From: Candidatus Eiseniibacteriota bacterium
GTDB lineage: Bacteria; Arandabacterota; Arandabacteria; JAGLYR01
Length of the DNA: 46,222 nucleotides
Direction: 5' to 3'
Assembly (NCBI GenBank): GCA_023132135.1
Contig: JAGLYR010000147.1
Location: 1 to 46,222, forward strand
Of the stretch, positions 24,252 through 34,056 are shown in pieces; position 1 is the stretch's first letter, and each line of letters begins with the position of its first letter. A model generated the notes under the pieces. The model was given only the letters and a program-made list of their open reading frames with translations. It was not told where the DNA came from and searched no databases. Made by a program: the position numbers and the translations under genes.

Positions 24252-26369
24252 CTATGGCAACTGATCCACGAGCACGAGATCGGAGCCGGTGATTTCGAGG
24301 CGATCGCAGATAACAGAGCGTCCGTCGGGGGACACGTCGATGTTGATGGCAAGGAAGTACGCGCTGGAGATGACGGGGGAGGCGACGCCCGTCGACCGAT
24401 CGAGGAACCGGAGCGTGAGATCCCCGTCGTAGAGGCAGAAGAAGTAGATCCCGTCGGCGGACTCCCGCCACCCGCAGGGCACCACCGTTTCCGGTTCGTT
24501 GACGACGCAATGCTCATCGGTTCCGTCCACGAGGGATTCCCAGACACCCGACGTGTCGGCCCGGGAGTACAGGAGGTGGCGGCCGTCCCGGGACTCGGCC
24601 ATGCGGAAGACATCCTTTTGCATGAGATCGGTCCGGCCGGAGCCGTCGGTCCGCATCTTCCAGACCCACCACGCTTCGTCCCGCTCCGATTTCCCGTAGA
24701 TCCAATCCCCGTCGCGCGACCAGCCGAGACACTGCTCGTGCCGCTGTGAGGACGTGACCCGGCGGACTTCACCGGTTTCCCGGTCCGCCACGTAGATGGA
24801 CGTGTAGCTCCCCGGCGCCGCGCTGAAGGCCACGTACCGCTCGTCGTAGGACCAGTGGTGGTTTTCGATGTAGGCGTTGTCGAATTCGGTCAACTGCCTC
24901 GGGTTCTTCCCGTCCACCCCGGAGACCCAGACCTGCGGACTGCCCGACCGGGTGGAGAGGAATGAGACGTACGATCCGCCCGGGGAATACTGAGGGGCGT
25001 AGTCCTGAAGCGTGGAAGCAATGAGCGGAGACGAGGGCCCCGCCTCTCCGTCCATTTCCCCCAGGCGCACGACCCAGATGTCGCAGCGCACGGACTGTTC
25101 CTCGAACACCATGGCCGGCCCATCGATCGCCGACGACGGGCGTGTGGGGCGGTCGGCGCGCGTGGGAAGCCACTGGAGGGTTCCCTCTTCCACATAGAGA
25201 CGCCACATTCGGAATCCCCCGGCGTGGGTCGGCCCGGCGGTGAAGACGATCGATTTCCCGTCGGGTGTCCAGTCGAACCCGCTGACACTGTGCTGCGAGT
25301 AGGTGAGGCGGTGGACGTCTCCCCCCTCGGCGGGAATCCAGAAGAGGTCCCGGAGGTTCGTGCGATCCCCCCGGAGGAAGGCGATCCTGCGGCCGTCGGG
25401 CGAGAACGCCGGCCGGTAGTCACCGAGCGTCCCCGGCGCGGGCAGCGTGAGCTCCCGGGATTGTCCGGTCGCGAAGGAGAATAGGTGGAGCCGGAGCGGG
25501 CGGCCCGCGTCCGGCCGGGCGGAATACGCGAGCCGACGGCCGTCGGGAGACCAGTCCAGCCCGGCGAAGCCGACCGGCGTATCCAGGATCTTCCGGGCCG
25601 GCCCGCCGATGGCGGGAAGTGTATAGATCGATTCCCCCTCCTCTTCCTCGACCGCGTAGGCCAGCGACGCGCCGTCCGGCGACCAGCACGCGTAGAATTC
25701 GCTCTTCGGCGTGTCCGTCAGGCGAAGCGGGTTCTCGGTGTTCCGCTGCTTCACGTAGATGTCGTAGTTCCCGCTTTCGCCGCCGTCCCAGGAGAAAGCG
25801 ACCCGCGTGCCGTCGGGCGAGAGGGCCGGACAGATCTCCCGGCCCTCGTAGCTGGTGAAGGGAATCTCCTCGAGCGGCGCCGGGGGAAGCGACACGGAAG
25901 AACGCGTGCGGGAGAGAAAGGGTGTGAGAGCAATCGCAACGACGATGACGACGGCGACGGCGAGAACGCCGTGCAGTCGCCGGTCGGTACCCACGGATTC
26001 CGGCCTGGCCGGGGACCGGACGGTTGCCACGATCCGGTAGCCGCCCTTGTGAATTGTCTGGATGTAGCGCGGGTTCCTGGAATCGTCCCCGAAGACGTGC
26101 CGGAGCTGAGAGATGGCCTGGGTGAGGGCTTCTTCGTTCACCACGGCTCCGCTCCAGACGGTGTCCATGAGATCGGCCCTGGAAAGGACCTGCCCGGGCC
26201 GGTGCGCCAGACAGGTGAGCACGTGCATGACGCGCGGTTCCAGCGCTGAGGACGCGCCCGCGCGCCGGACGCGATTTAGAGAAGGCTCGACGAGCCTGTC
26301 GCCGAGCTGGAAGGGCCCGGCGTCCGAGGGACGCCGGGGTAGGGAGGTCTCCGGGCCTGTACCGTTCAT
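24252..26369 (-). CDS. ToxR/CadC-like membrane-anchored transcriptional regulator: N-terminal OmpR-type winged helix, one TM, periplasmic TolB-like (PD40/WD40-like) beta-propeller
   Basis: The ORF is open to 26543. The ATG at 26369 (MNGTGPE...) is the first start that does not add a non-domain extension, so the start is uncertain. wHTH: LEPRVMHVLTCLAHRPGQVLSRADLMDTVW...AISQLRHVFGDD...IQTIHKGGYRIV. TM: LHGVLAVAVVIVVAIALTPFL. There are at least seven SPDG..(V/I/L)A(F/Y)S PD40-type repeats. Confidence 0.8.
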   Translation of the reverse strand: MNGTGPETSLPRRPSDAGPFQLGDRLVEPSLNRVRRAGASSALEPRVMHVLTCLAHRPGQVLSRADLMDTVWSGAVVNEEALTQAISQLRHVFGDDSRNPRYIQTIHKGGYRIVATVRSPARPESVGTDRRLHGVLAVAVVIVVAIALTPFLSRTRSSVSLPPAPLEEIPFTSYEGREICPALSPDGTRVAFSWDGGESGNYDIYVKQRNTENPLRLTDTPKSEFYACWSPDGASLAYAVEEEEGESIYTLPAIGGPARKILDTPVGFAGLDWSPDGRRLAYSARPDAGRPLRLHLFSFATGQSRELTLPAPGTLGDYRPAFSPDGRRIAFLRGDRTNLRDLFWIPAEGGDVHRLTYSQHSVSGFDWTPDGKSIVFTAGPTHAGGFRMWRLYVEEGTLQWLPTRADRPTRPSSAIDGPAMVFEEQSVRCDIWVVRLGEMDGEAGPSSPLIASTLQDYAPQYSPGGSYVSFLSTRSGSPQVWVSGVDGKNPRQLTEFDNAYIENHHWSYDERYVAFSAAPGSYTSIYVADRETGEVRRVTSSQRHEQCLGWSRDGDWIYGKSERDEAWWVWKMRTDGSGRTDLMQKDVFRMAESRDGRHLLYSRADTSGVWESLVDGTDEHCVVNEPETVVPCGWRESADGIYFFCLYDGDLTLRFLDRSTGVASPVISSAYFLAINIDVSPDGRSVICDRLEITGSDLVLVDQLP

Positions 26370-26615
26370 GAGTGGTCGGGGCTCCTCTCGAAGGGAGCGG
26401 GGCCGTCGCCCCAGGGCGTTCCGTGCAGACGCACTATACGAAAGGAAGACGCGGGGGTCAAGATGCTGCTTCTCGGGACAGAACTTGCATGAACCGATGA
26501 GCAGAGGTAACATGGCTCTGGCAAACTGGCCCGCATTTCTCACCAGCCTCGTCGCGAGGCGTTGTAGATACCTGTAATGACGATAAGTCCGGAATGACGC
26601 CGGCGGGAACGAAAC

Positions 26616-27380
26616 ATGTTGACCTCACTCCAGGAGCTGGATCGATGCCAAACGCCGTTGGGCGAGCTGACCCTGTGGCGGCGGCGTTCGGCGTCCCAGG
26701 GTGGGACGGAGTTCTACGAGGTCCGGCTGGACGGAGAATTTCTCATGTCCAGCCTGGTCAACCACTCCGAGATTGCCCTGGCCAAGCTGGCTCTGGCGGA
26801 ACTGCCCGATGGAGAGTGGGATATCCTGGTCGGGGGACTGGGATTGGGCTACACGGCCAAAGCGGCCCTGGATTTTCCGAATGTCCGATCCGTGACCGTG
26901 GTGGAGTACCTGGAACCCGTGATCAACTGGCACCGGTGGCAGATCGTACCTCTGGGTGTGGAACTCACAACGGACGGGCGCTGCCGCCTGGTCCAGGCGG
27001 ACTTCTTCGATATGGTGGGCCCGTCAGATGGTACCGTCGAAGCCAATCCTGCGTCTCAAACCTATCACGGGATCCTCATCGATATTGACCATTCGCCCTG
27101 CCATCTGATCCGTGCCTCCCACGCGCCTTTCTACGAAACGGAAGGTCTCCGGCGCCTGGCGGCCCACCTCGCGCCGGGCGGAGTGTTCGCCCTCTGGTCC
27201 GCCGAACCGCCGGAAGAGGAGTTTCTGGCCCGCCTGCATACCGTCTTCGCCGACGCCAAAGCCTGTGAAGTCGAGTTCTTCAATCCCCTGGTAGATGAGA
27301 AAGACACAAACTGCATCTACATTGCGGCCGGGCCGAGACGGCACCGCGGGTCGAAAAGCTCAAGTTCGCGTTTTCCTTAA
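26616..27380 (+). CDS. Spermidine synthase-like (polyamine aminopropyltransferase family) SAM-dependent transferase-fold protein
   Basis: 254 aa. LGELTLWRRR...FYEVRLDGEFLMSS, GxGxG-type DILVGGLGLGYTAKAAL and VTVVEYLEPVINW. Family assigned by pattern only. Confidence 0.6.
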   Translation: MLTSLQELDRCQTPLGELTLWRRRSASQGGTEFYEVRLDGEFLMSSLVNHSEIALAKLALAELPDGEWDILVGGLGLGYTAKAALDFPNVRSVTVVEYLEPVINWHRWQIVPLGVELTTDGRCRLVQADFFDMVGPSDGTVEANPASQTYHGILIDIDHSPCHLIRASHAPFYETEGLRRLAAHLAPGGVFALWSAEPPEEEFLARLHTVFADAKACEVEFFNPLVDEKDTNCIYIAAGPRRHRGSKSSSSRFP

Positions 27381-27437
27381 CCGACATGGATATTGAGGGT
27401 TAGATCCCTTGCCAGCGAGTGTGCAGAAAGATTCTGC

Positions 27438-27466
27438 TTGACCGCCGGCTCTTTTTGTACTACAAT
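27438..27466 (+). promoter_or_regulatory. sigma70-like promoter of the sulfate-transport operon, TTGACC-17 bp-TACAAT
   Basis: -35 at 27438-27443, 17-nt spacer, -10 at 27461-27466. The leader to the GTG at 27548 is about 75 nt. Confidence 0.6.
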
Positions 27467-27547
27467 TGGAGTGTGATTGGAGTGCAGCTAGATACAACGC
27501 CGTACCAGATGGCTGGTGAAAAACGCGGGCCATAAGGAGGACGGATC

Positions 27548-28612
27548 GTGGATCGACTTGGATGGCTTCGCTCGAGGAGGCTGTGGGTGGCCCTGGTGGT
27601 TTTGGCCATGGCGGGGACCTCCGGCTGCGGGAGCAAGGGACAGAAGGGAGAATCCGGGACGGAGGAAGACGTCCTGGTGCTGGCCGCCTACACGGTTCCC
27701 AAGGAGGCCTACGAGAAGGAGATCATCCCGGCCTTCCAGCGGCTCTGGAAGGCGAAGACGGGTCGGGACCTCACCGTAGAGCAGTCCTACGAGGCCTCCG
27801 GCGCCCAGGCGCGGGCCGTACTGGGCGGTTTCCAGGCCGATGTTGTCGCGCTCTCCCTCGAGGGGGACGTGGACAAGCTGGTGGATGCCGGCCTCATCAC
27901 CCACAACTGGAAGAAGCGGATCTGGAACGGGTTTATCACGCGCTCGGTTGTGGCCATCGGTGTCCGCCCCGGGAATCCGAAGAACATCCGCGGCTGGGAA
28001 GACCTCGCGAGACCCGACGTGGAGGTCCTCTACCCCAACCCCAAGACGTCGGGCGGGGCGATGTGGTGCGTGAATGCAATCTACGGCGCCGGCCTCAAGA
28101 TGTCGGAAGAGAAAACAGGCAATGCGGATCCCGGACAGGCCCGTGAGCTACTCAAGCGGATCCAGAGACGCGTGAAGGTGATGGACAAGTCCGGGAGATT
28201 GTCGGTGAGCACGTTCGAGCGCGGAATCGGGGACGCCATCCTCACCTACGAGAACGAAATCCTGCTCCGCCAGCTCCAGGGCCGGGACTTCCCCGTGGTC
28301 GTGCCCCCGGCGACAATCCTGATCGAGAACCCGATCGCAGTCGTCGACAAGAACGCCGAGAAGCATGGAACACGTGATCTGGCGGATGCCTTCGTCGAAT
28401 TCTGCCACACCGACGAGGCCCAGCGGGTCTACGCCCGGTACGGATTCCGCGCCGCGAACCCCGAGATCCTCGAGGAATTCGCCGACCAGTACCCGGTTCC
28501 CCCAATGCTCTTCGACGTCGAGTATCTGGGCGGCTGGGCCCGCGTCCGGGAGACGCTCTACGGTCCGGAGGGAACCTGGACCCTCGTGACTCGGGAACTG
28601 GCGAAGGAGTAG
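27548..28612 (+). CDS. cysP: Sulfate/thiosulfate ABC transporter substrate-binding protein
   Basis: 354 aa. GTG start with AAGGAGG 7 nt upstream. Lipoprotein-like N-terminus ...LVVLAMAGTSGC. Sbp/CysP-like pattern: LAAYTVPKEAYEKEIIPAF...SYEASGAQARAV..GFQADVVALSLEGDVD.L. Sbp and CysP cannot be distinguished here. Confidence 0.85.
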   Translation: MDRLGWLRSRRLWVALVVLAMAGTSGCGSKGQKGESGTEEDVLVLAAYTVPKEAYEKEIIPAFQRLWKAKTGRDLTVEQSYEASGAQARAVLGGFQADVVALSLEGDVDKLVDAGLITHNWKKRIWNGFITRSVVAIGVRPGNPKNIRGWEDLARPDVEVLYPNPKTSGGAMWCVNAIYGAGLKMSEEKTGNADPGQARELLKRIQRRVKVMDKSGRLSVSTFERGIGDAILTYENEILLRQLQGRDFPVVVPPATILIENPIAVVDKNAEKHGTRDLADAFVEFCHTDEAQRVYARYGFRAANPEILEEFADQYPVPPMLFDVEYLGGWARVRETLYGPEGTWTLVTRELAKE

Positions 28613-28616
28613 CCCG

Positions 28617-29468
28617 GTGGCCGTCGAGACGATCCAGGGCAAAAAGACCGGGCGGAGCAGCAGAGGATGGAACGCGGACCCGATGCTCCGCGGAATCTCC
28701 CTGTCCTACCTCGGCCTGTTCGTGGCGCTCCCGATTGCAGCCCTCACCGTCCGGGCGTGCGGCGGGGGGATTGCGCGGCTCTGGGTGGAGTTGACGAGGC
28801 CGGAAGCGCTCTTCTCTCTCCAGCTGACCCTGGCGATGGCGGGCGCCATGATCGTGGTCAACGTCCTGATGGGAACACTCACGGCATGGGTGCTTGTCCG
28901 CTACCGCTTTCCCGGTCAGTCCGTCATCAACGCCCTGATCGATCTGCCGTTTGCGATCCCGACTGTGGTCACCGGCCTCATGCTCGTCATGCTCTATGGG
29001 CCACAAAGCGCGGTCGGCAGCTTTCTGTCCTCCCAGGGGATCGAGATCATCTATGCCAAGCCCGGCATCGTTCTGGCTCTCCTCTTCGTCACGTCTCCCT
29101 TCGTCGTGCGCGCCGTCCAGCCGGTGTTGATGGAGATGGACCAGGACATGGAGGAGGCCGCGGCCACCCTCGGAGCCAGCCAGTGGACCGTTTTCCGGAA
29201 GGTGATCATACCGTCCATCCTGCCGGCCGTCCTGACCGGCGCCGCCCTGTCCTTCAGCCGGGCGCTTGGCGAGTTCGGTTCGGTGGTCATGGTTGCGGGG
29301 AACATCCCCATGAGGACCCAGGTCGCCCCCGTGTTCATCTACGGCGAGGTGGAGAGCGACAACCCTCTGGGCGCGCTCGGGGTCTCCCTCGTTCTCCTGG
29401 CCGGCTCTCTCACCATCCTCGTCCTCCTGAACCTGCTGCAGCGAATGGGGAGGAAACGCGATGACTGA
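28617..29468 (+). CDS. cysT: Sulfate ABC transporter permease CysT
   Basis: 283 aa, GTG start 4 nt after the cysP stop. Polytopic. Carries the permease EAA-type loop EEAAATLGASQWTVFRKVIIP. Confidence 0.85.
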   Translation: MAVETIQGKKTGRSSRGWNADPMLRGISLSYLGLFVALPIAALTVRACGGGIARLWVELTRPEALFSLQLTLAMAGAMIVVNVLMGTLTAWVLVRYRFPGQSVINALIDLPFAIPTVVTGLMLVMLYGPQSAVGSFLSSQGIEIIYAKPGIVLALLFVTSPFVVRAVQPVLMEMDQDMEEAAATLGASQWTVFRKVIIPSILPAVLTGAALSFSRALGEFGSVVMVAGNIPMRTQVAPVFIYGEVESDNPLGALGVSLVLLAGSLTILVLLNLLQRMGRKRDD

Positions 29469-30348
29469 TCCCGGACTCGCTGTCCAGTTGCCCCCGGATG
29501 GCCTCCCGGTACACCGTCCCGCCGGCCGCGCGGGTCTCGGGGCCGCCCCCTGGGGCCGCTGGGGCCTCATTGCCCTGGTGCTGGTCTGGTTTACGGTGCT
29601 CACACTCTTCCCAATCGGGGCCATCATCAAGGGAGCTTGGCAGGAAGGGCTCACCGCATCTCTGGCGGCCCTGCGGACCCCGGCCGCCACCCGCGCCTTC
29701 ACTCTGACGGTGGGAATCACCGTGACGGCGGTCGTGATCAACACGTTGTTCGGGACCGTCCTCGCTCTGGTTCTGGCGCGGCAGCGTTTCTGGGGCAAGC
29801 TGCTCGTCGAGGGAATCGTGGACCTGCCCTTCTCGGTGTCACCCGTGGTGGCCGGGGTCATGTTCATTGTTCTGTTCGGACCGGAGGGCTGGCTCGGCAG
29901 ATGGTTCGAGGCCGGCGGGATCCGCATCGTCTTCGCCGTGCCCGGGATGGTCCTGGCGACGATCTTCGTCACGCTGCCCTTCGTGACGCGGCAGGTGGTG
30001 CCGGTTCTCCGGGAGTGCGGGCTGGAACAGGAGGAAGCCGCCCGGACCCTCGGCGCCAACCCATGGCAGACTTTCTGGCGGGTGACTCTGCCGTCGGTAC
30101 GCTGGGGGCTGGCGTACGGGATCACGCTGACCACCGCGCGGGCCCTCGGGGAGTTCGGGGCCGTACTTGTGGTGAGCGGCAGCATCATCGGGCGAACGCA
30201 GACCGCCACCCTCCACATCCACCAGGAGTTCACCAACTTCCACTACGCGGGCGCGTTCTCCGCCTCGCTGGTTCTGGCCGTCGTATCGTTCTGCCTGCTG
30301 CTGGCCATGGAGTTCTTGAAGACGAGAGTCGAAAGCAGAACCCAGTAG
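29461..30348 (+). CDS. cysW: Sulfate ABC transporter permease CysW
   Basis: 295 aa, overlapping cysT by 8 nt. Polytopic. EAA loop EEAARTLGANPWQTFWRVTLP. Confidence 0.85.
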   Translation: MTDPGLAVQLPPDGLPVHRPAGRAGLGAAPWGRWGLIALVLVWFTVLTLFPIGAIIKGAWQEGLTASLAALRTPAATRAFTLTVGITVTAVVINTLFGTVLALVLARQRFWGKLLVEGIVDLPFSVSPVVAGVMFIVLFGPEGWLGRWFEAGGIRIVFAVPGMVLATIFVTLPFVTRQVVPVLRECGLEQEEAARTLGANPWQTFWRVTLPSVRWGLAYGITLTTARALGEFGAVLVVSGSIIGRTQTATLHIHQEFTNFHYAGAFSASLVLAVVSFCLLLAMEFLKTRVESRTQ

Positions 30349-30381
30349 CCGGCCGTCCCCAGGACGCGCCGGCAACCCGGA

Positions 30382-31506
30382 GTGAACACGATGGGGATTC
30401 TAGTCAATGGAGTGACGAAGCGGTTCCCGCCCGGACGCGGGGAAGCCCTGGGCCACCTGGCAGTGGACGACGCCACCTTCTCCGTGCCGCGCGGCCACCT
30501 GGTGGCCCTGCTTGGGCCCAGCGGGTCGGGTAAGAGCACGATCCTCCGGATCATCGCCGGCCTCGAGGAACCCGACGCCGGCGAAGTCTACCTCGACAGC
30601 GAGCTCGTCACCGCTCACCCGGTCCACCGGCGCGGCGTGGGGTTCGTCTTCCAGCACTACGCCCTGTTCAAACACGCCAGCGTGGAGAAGAACATCGCGT
30701 TCGGTCTCGAAGTCCGCAAATGGCCGCGCCCCGAAATCCAGAGACGGGTGGCCGAGCTTCTGGACCTCATCCAGCTCCAGGGGTACGAGGACCGATATCC
30801 GTCACAGCTCTCGGGCGGGCAGCGGCAACGCGTCGCCCTCGCCCGGGCGCTCGCGCCCCGCCCGCGCGTGCTCCTCCTGGACGAACCATTCGGCGCCCTC
30901 GACGCCAAGGTCCGCCGCAACCTGGCCACCCAGATTCGCCAGCTGCACAGCGAGTTCCAGACGACCACCGTCTTCGTCACCCACGACCAGGAGGAAGCCA
31001 TCGAGATCTCCGACGAGATCGTGGTCATCAACCGCGGGCGCGTCGACCAGATAGGGTCCGCCGAGGAGATCTACGACCACCCCAAGAACAAGTTCGTCGC
31101 CAGCTTCATCGGGAACGTGAATGTGATCGAGGGGTACCTGGTGAACGGCACCCTCTCCATCGGCCCTCAGAGGATCCCCGTGCCGAGCCGCCGGACTGAA
31201 GTTCCGGATGGCGAGGTCGTTCTGCTCGCCCGTCCGGAGGACGTGGAGCTGGTCGAGGAGACCATGCCCGGCGCCATGAAGGGCATCGTCAAGGAGGTCC
31301 GCTACCGGGGCGACCGCTACGAGCAGGAAATCGAGATCGCCGGCCAGACGATACGCGTGGTCGAGATCAAGAGCCGCGGTCAAGCGGTCGTTCGCCATGC
31401 GGGCCAGCGCGTGGGCGTCCGCTTCACCCGCCACCGGCTGTTCGAGGTCGAGAAGGATCACGAGGCGATCCGGGCGCAGCTGCAGAGCCTCGGGTACATC
31501 GAGTGA
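30382..31506 (+). CDS. cysA: Sulfate ABC transporter ATP-binding protein CysA
   Basis: 374 aa. Walker [12 protein letters not shown], signature [15 protein letters not shown], Walker [12 protein letters not shown], and a C-terminal TOBE-like domain. The alternative ATG start is at 30391. Confidence 0.9.
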   Translation: MNTMGILVNGVTKRFPPGRGEALGHLAVDDATFSVPRGHLVALLGPSGSGKSTILRIIAGLEEPDAGEVYLDSELVTAHPVHRRGVGFVFQHYALFKHASVEKNIAFGLEVRKWPRPEIQRRVAELLDLIQLQGYEDRYPSQLSGGQRQRVALARALAPRPRVLLLDEPFGALDAKVRRNLATQIRQLHSEFQTTTVFVTHDQEEAIEISDEIVVINRGRVDQIGSAEEIYDHPKNKFVASFIGNVNVIEGYLVNGTLSIGPQRIPVPSRRTEVPDGEVVLLARPEDVELVEETMPGAMKGIVKEVRYRGDRYEQEIEIAGQTIRVVEIKSRGQAVVRHAGQRVGVRFTRHRLFEVEKDHEAIRAQLQSLGYIE

Positions 31507-31548
31507 GTCTCCCGGGCGTCCTACTTCGCCCTCTCCCTGAACTTCGCC

Positions 31549-31577
31549 TTGAACCCACCCGCCACATTCCGTATAAT
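31549..31577 (+). promoter_or_regulatory. sigma70-like promoter, TTGAAC-17 bp-TATAAT
   Basis: -35 at 31549-31554, 17-nt spacer, -10 at 31572-31577, followed by GGGAGA SD and the ATG at 31629. Confidence 0.6.
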
Positions 31578-31628
31578 CACAGATACAGGTCAGCCGGCAG
31601 ATCCTTGTCTCAAACTCGGGAGAATCAA

Positions 31629-32702
31629 ATGTCTATCCGTATCATCGCAATCACCTTGCTGTTCCTGGTTTTCAGCGTTGCTGCCACCGACGCCGGCGCT
31701 GAGGCCATCATTGCCGATCATTCGGGAGTCTCGCAGTTCGAGGAAATCCCCGACGCAGTGATCACGTACATTCAGTCGAACTACGAGTTCTTCTACGGTC
31801 ACACTTCGCACGGTAGCCAGATAATGACGGGCCTCGACGTGCTGTACGACGAGGATCCCTTCTACGCGGAGCCTCCCTTCACTGAATACGGGGACGACCT
31901 GGGACACAACGGCGATGTCTCATGGGTTCCCCCCACCACGAACTACCTCGATTCTCACCCTGAATGCAACGTCGTGATGTGGTCGTGGTGCGGCGGCTGC
32001 TCGGACAACACGGAAGCGGGAATCAACACCTACCTGGATGCGATGAACCAGCTGGAACTGGATTACCCGTTGGTCACCTTCATATACATGACCGGGCACC
32101 TGGACGGGTCCGGACTGGCCGGGAACCTCTACGCCCGCAACAACCAGATCCGGCAGTACTGCACCGCGAATTCAAAGGTCCTTTTTGACTTTGCAGACAT
32201 AGAGAGCTGGGACCCGGACGGGAACTACTACCCCGACGAGTCCGACAACTGCTCCTGGTGCTCAGTGTGGTGCGCTTCTCATCCGTGTCCTTCCTGTGGG
32301 TGCGCCCATTCCCATTGCTTCAACTGCTACCAAAAGGGCAAAGGTTTCTGGTGGATGATGGCGAGGGTGTCCGGTTGGGATCCGACGACCGCGGTCCAGG
32401 CGGCCTCCGCGCCGGCTTCGGGCAGAGCCTCCTTCCTCGAGCAGAACTACCCGAACCCGTTCAACCCATCCACGACAATCGGCTTCCGGTTGCCGGCTGC
32501 CCTGCACGTCCACCTGGAGATCTTTGACGTCTCGGGCCATAGCGTGGCCGTCCTGCTGGACCGCCGGTTTGGGGCCGGTGACCATGTCATCGAGTGGGAC
32601 GGCAAGGACTCCACCGGCCGGCCCGTGGCAACCGGAACGTACTTCTGCCAATTGCGCGCCGGTGATCTCACAGACACGAAGAAGATGACGCTTCTCAAGT
32701 GA
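31629..32702 (+). CDS. Secreted protein of unknown function with a Cys-rich insert and T9SS-type CTD
   Basis: The track ORF starts at 31503, inside cysA and the promoter. GGGAGA lies 5 nt before the ATG at 31629, giving signal peptide MSIRIIAITLLFLVFSVAATDAGA. Cys cluster NCSWCSVWCASHPCPSCGCAHSHCFNCY. CTD reads NYPNPFNPSTTIGFRLP...GTYFCQL...KKMTLLK. Confidence 0.75.
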   Translation: MSIRIIAITLLFLVFSVAATDAGAEAIIADHSGVSQFEEIPDAVITYIQSNYEFFYGHTSHGSQIMTGLDVLYDEDPFYAEPPFTEYGDDLGHNGDVSWVPPTTNYLDSHPECNVVMWSWCGGCSDNTEAGINTYLDAMNQLELDYPLVTFIYMTGHLDGSGLAGNLYARNNQIRQYCTANSKVLFDFADIESWDPDGNYYPDESDNCSWCSVWCASHPCPSCGCAHSHCFNCYQKGKGFWWMMARVSGWDPTTAVQAASAPASGRASFLEQNYPNPFNPSTTIGFRLPAALHVHLEIFDVSGHSVAVLLDRRFGAGDHVIEWDGKDSTGRPVATGTYFCQLRAGDLTDTKKMTLLK

Positions 32703-32803
32703 TGTAGAGCAAGAAGAACCCGCAGGACACGCGCAGCGTACGGTGTCGCTCGCGATTGTCCAGTCTCGTCCAGGCACCTGTCCCCCTTGCCGGGAGGTGA
32801 ACC

Positions 32804-34015
32804 ATGAGGCTCGCTATTGCTGTTTTCCTGCTCGCTTCGTTCCTCACCATATCCGCCCCCGCCCTGGCCGCGAGCTGGAACGTCCCATCTCAATGTCCGA
32901 CCATCCAGGCCGGAATCGATTCAGCAAGCGCCGGAGACACCGTGCTGGTTGCCTGCGGCACGTACCACGAATATGACATCGTCATGAAACCGGGCGTCTT
33001 GTTGAGGAGTGAAACGGGCGAGGCCGACTGCGCAACCATCCATGCCCAGCAGCAGGGCAGGATCTTCTACTGCAAGTGCCTGGACGTAACGCCCGGCATC
33101 GAGGGGTTCACAATCACGGGTGGCTATGCCACGGGAGAATACCCCGACTGTTGCGGGGCAGGCATGTACTGCGAGGCTTCTTCTCCCTTGATTGTCAATT
33201 GCACCTTTTCCGGCAACTCCGCCCAAGGCATGGGCGGCGGAATTTACTGCCGCCAGTACGCCTCCCCAACACTCATTGGCTGCACCTTCTCCGGTAACTC
33301 GGCGGGCGGCGCGGGTGGTATGTACTGCGAGAACGGCTCCTCCCCCGCGCTCACCAATTGCACCTTTGCCGACAACCTTGCCGACTGCGGCGGGGCCCTG
33401 AGCTGCATATGGGGAGGTCTTCCTGCATTCACCAACTGCACCTTCTCCGGCAACTCCGCAGCGGACGGCGGCGCTGTCGAATGCTGGGGCTCTTCTCCTG
33501 TATTCACCGGCTGCGTCTTCTCGGGCAACTCCGCCTACGGCTGGGGCGGCGGAGCAATGGGACTCCACAAGTTCTCCAATCCCACAATTACCGGCTGTAC
33601 CTTCTGCGGGAATTCAGGTCCTGAAGGCGGCGTGATACTCTGCGACATCTACTGCGATCCTGCTCTGGAGAACACAATCATCGCCTTCAGCACCGAAGGG
33701 GAAGCCATCTGCTGCCTCGGCGGCAGCAGTCCCACCCTCAGCTGCTGCGATGTCTACGGCAACGAGGGCGGCAACTGGACAGGGTGCATCGCCGGTCAGC
33801 ACGGTGTTGACGGGAACTTCTCGGAGTGCCCGCTGTTCTGCGATTCGCAGAACGGGGACTTCCATCTTCAGAACTGCTCTCCCTGCGCTGTGGGCAATCA
33901 CCCCGACGGCTGCGACTGCGGGCTCATCGGCGCGTATGACGTTGGCTGTGAGTGCGGTCTGCCAACGGCAGTGGAGCAGGCAAGCTGGTCGTCGCTCAAG
34001 ACTCTCTACCGTTAA
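32804..34015 (+). CDS. Secreted right-handed beta-helix protein with Pmp-like (FxxN / GGA-type) repeats
   Basis: 403 aa. GGGAGGTGA SD. Signal peptide MRLAIAVFLLASFLTISAPALA. There are about eight tandem 22-25-aa repeats of the form (N/G)C(T/V)FSGNSA..GGG(I/M)YC...SP.L. The protein ends ...ASWSSLKTLYR. Confidence 0.7.
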   Translation: MRLAIAVFLLASFLTISAPALAASWNVPSQCPTIQAGIDSASAGDTVLVACGTYHEYDIVMKPGVLLRSETGEADCATIHAQQQGRIFYCKCLDVTPGIEGFTITGGYATGEYPDCCGAGMYCEASSPLIVNCTFSGNSAQGMGGGIYCRQYASPTLIGCTFSGNSAGGAGGMYCENGSSPALTNCTFADNLADCGGALSCIWGGLPAFTNCTFSGNSAADGGAVECWGSSPVFTGCVFSGNSAYGWGGGAMGLHKFSNPTITGCTFCGNSGPEGGVILCDIYCDPALENTIIAFSTEGEAICCLGGSSPTLSCCDVYGNEGGNWTGCIAGQHGVDGNFSECPLFCDSQNGDFHLQNCSPCAVGNHPDGCDCGLIGAYDVGCECGLPTAVEQASWSSLKTLYR

Positions 34016-34056
34016 CCTGGATAACCCGGGCCAAGGCACGGCTCTTGCGCAACGGA

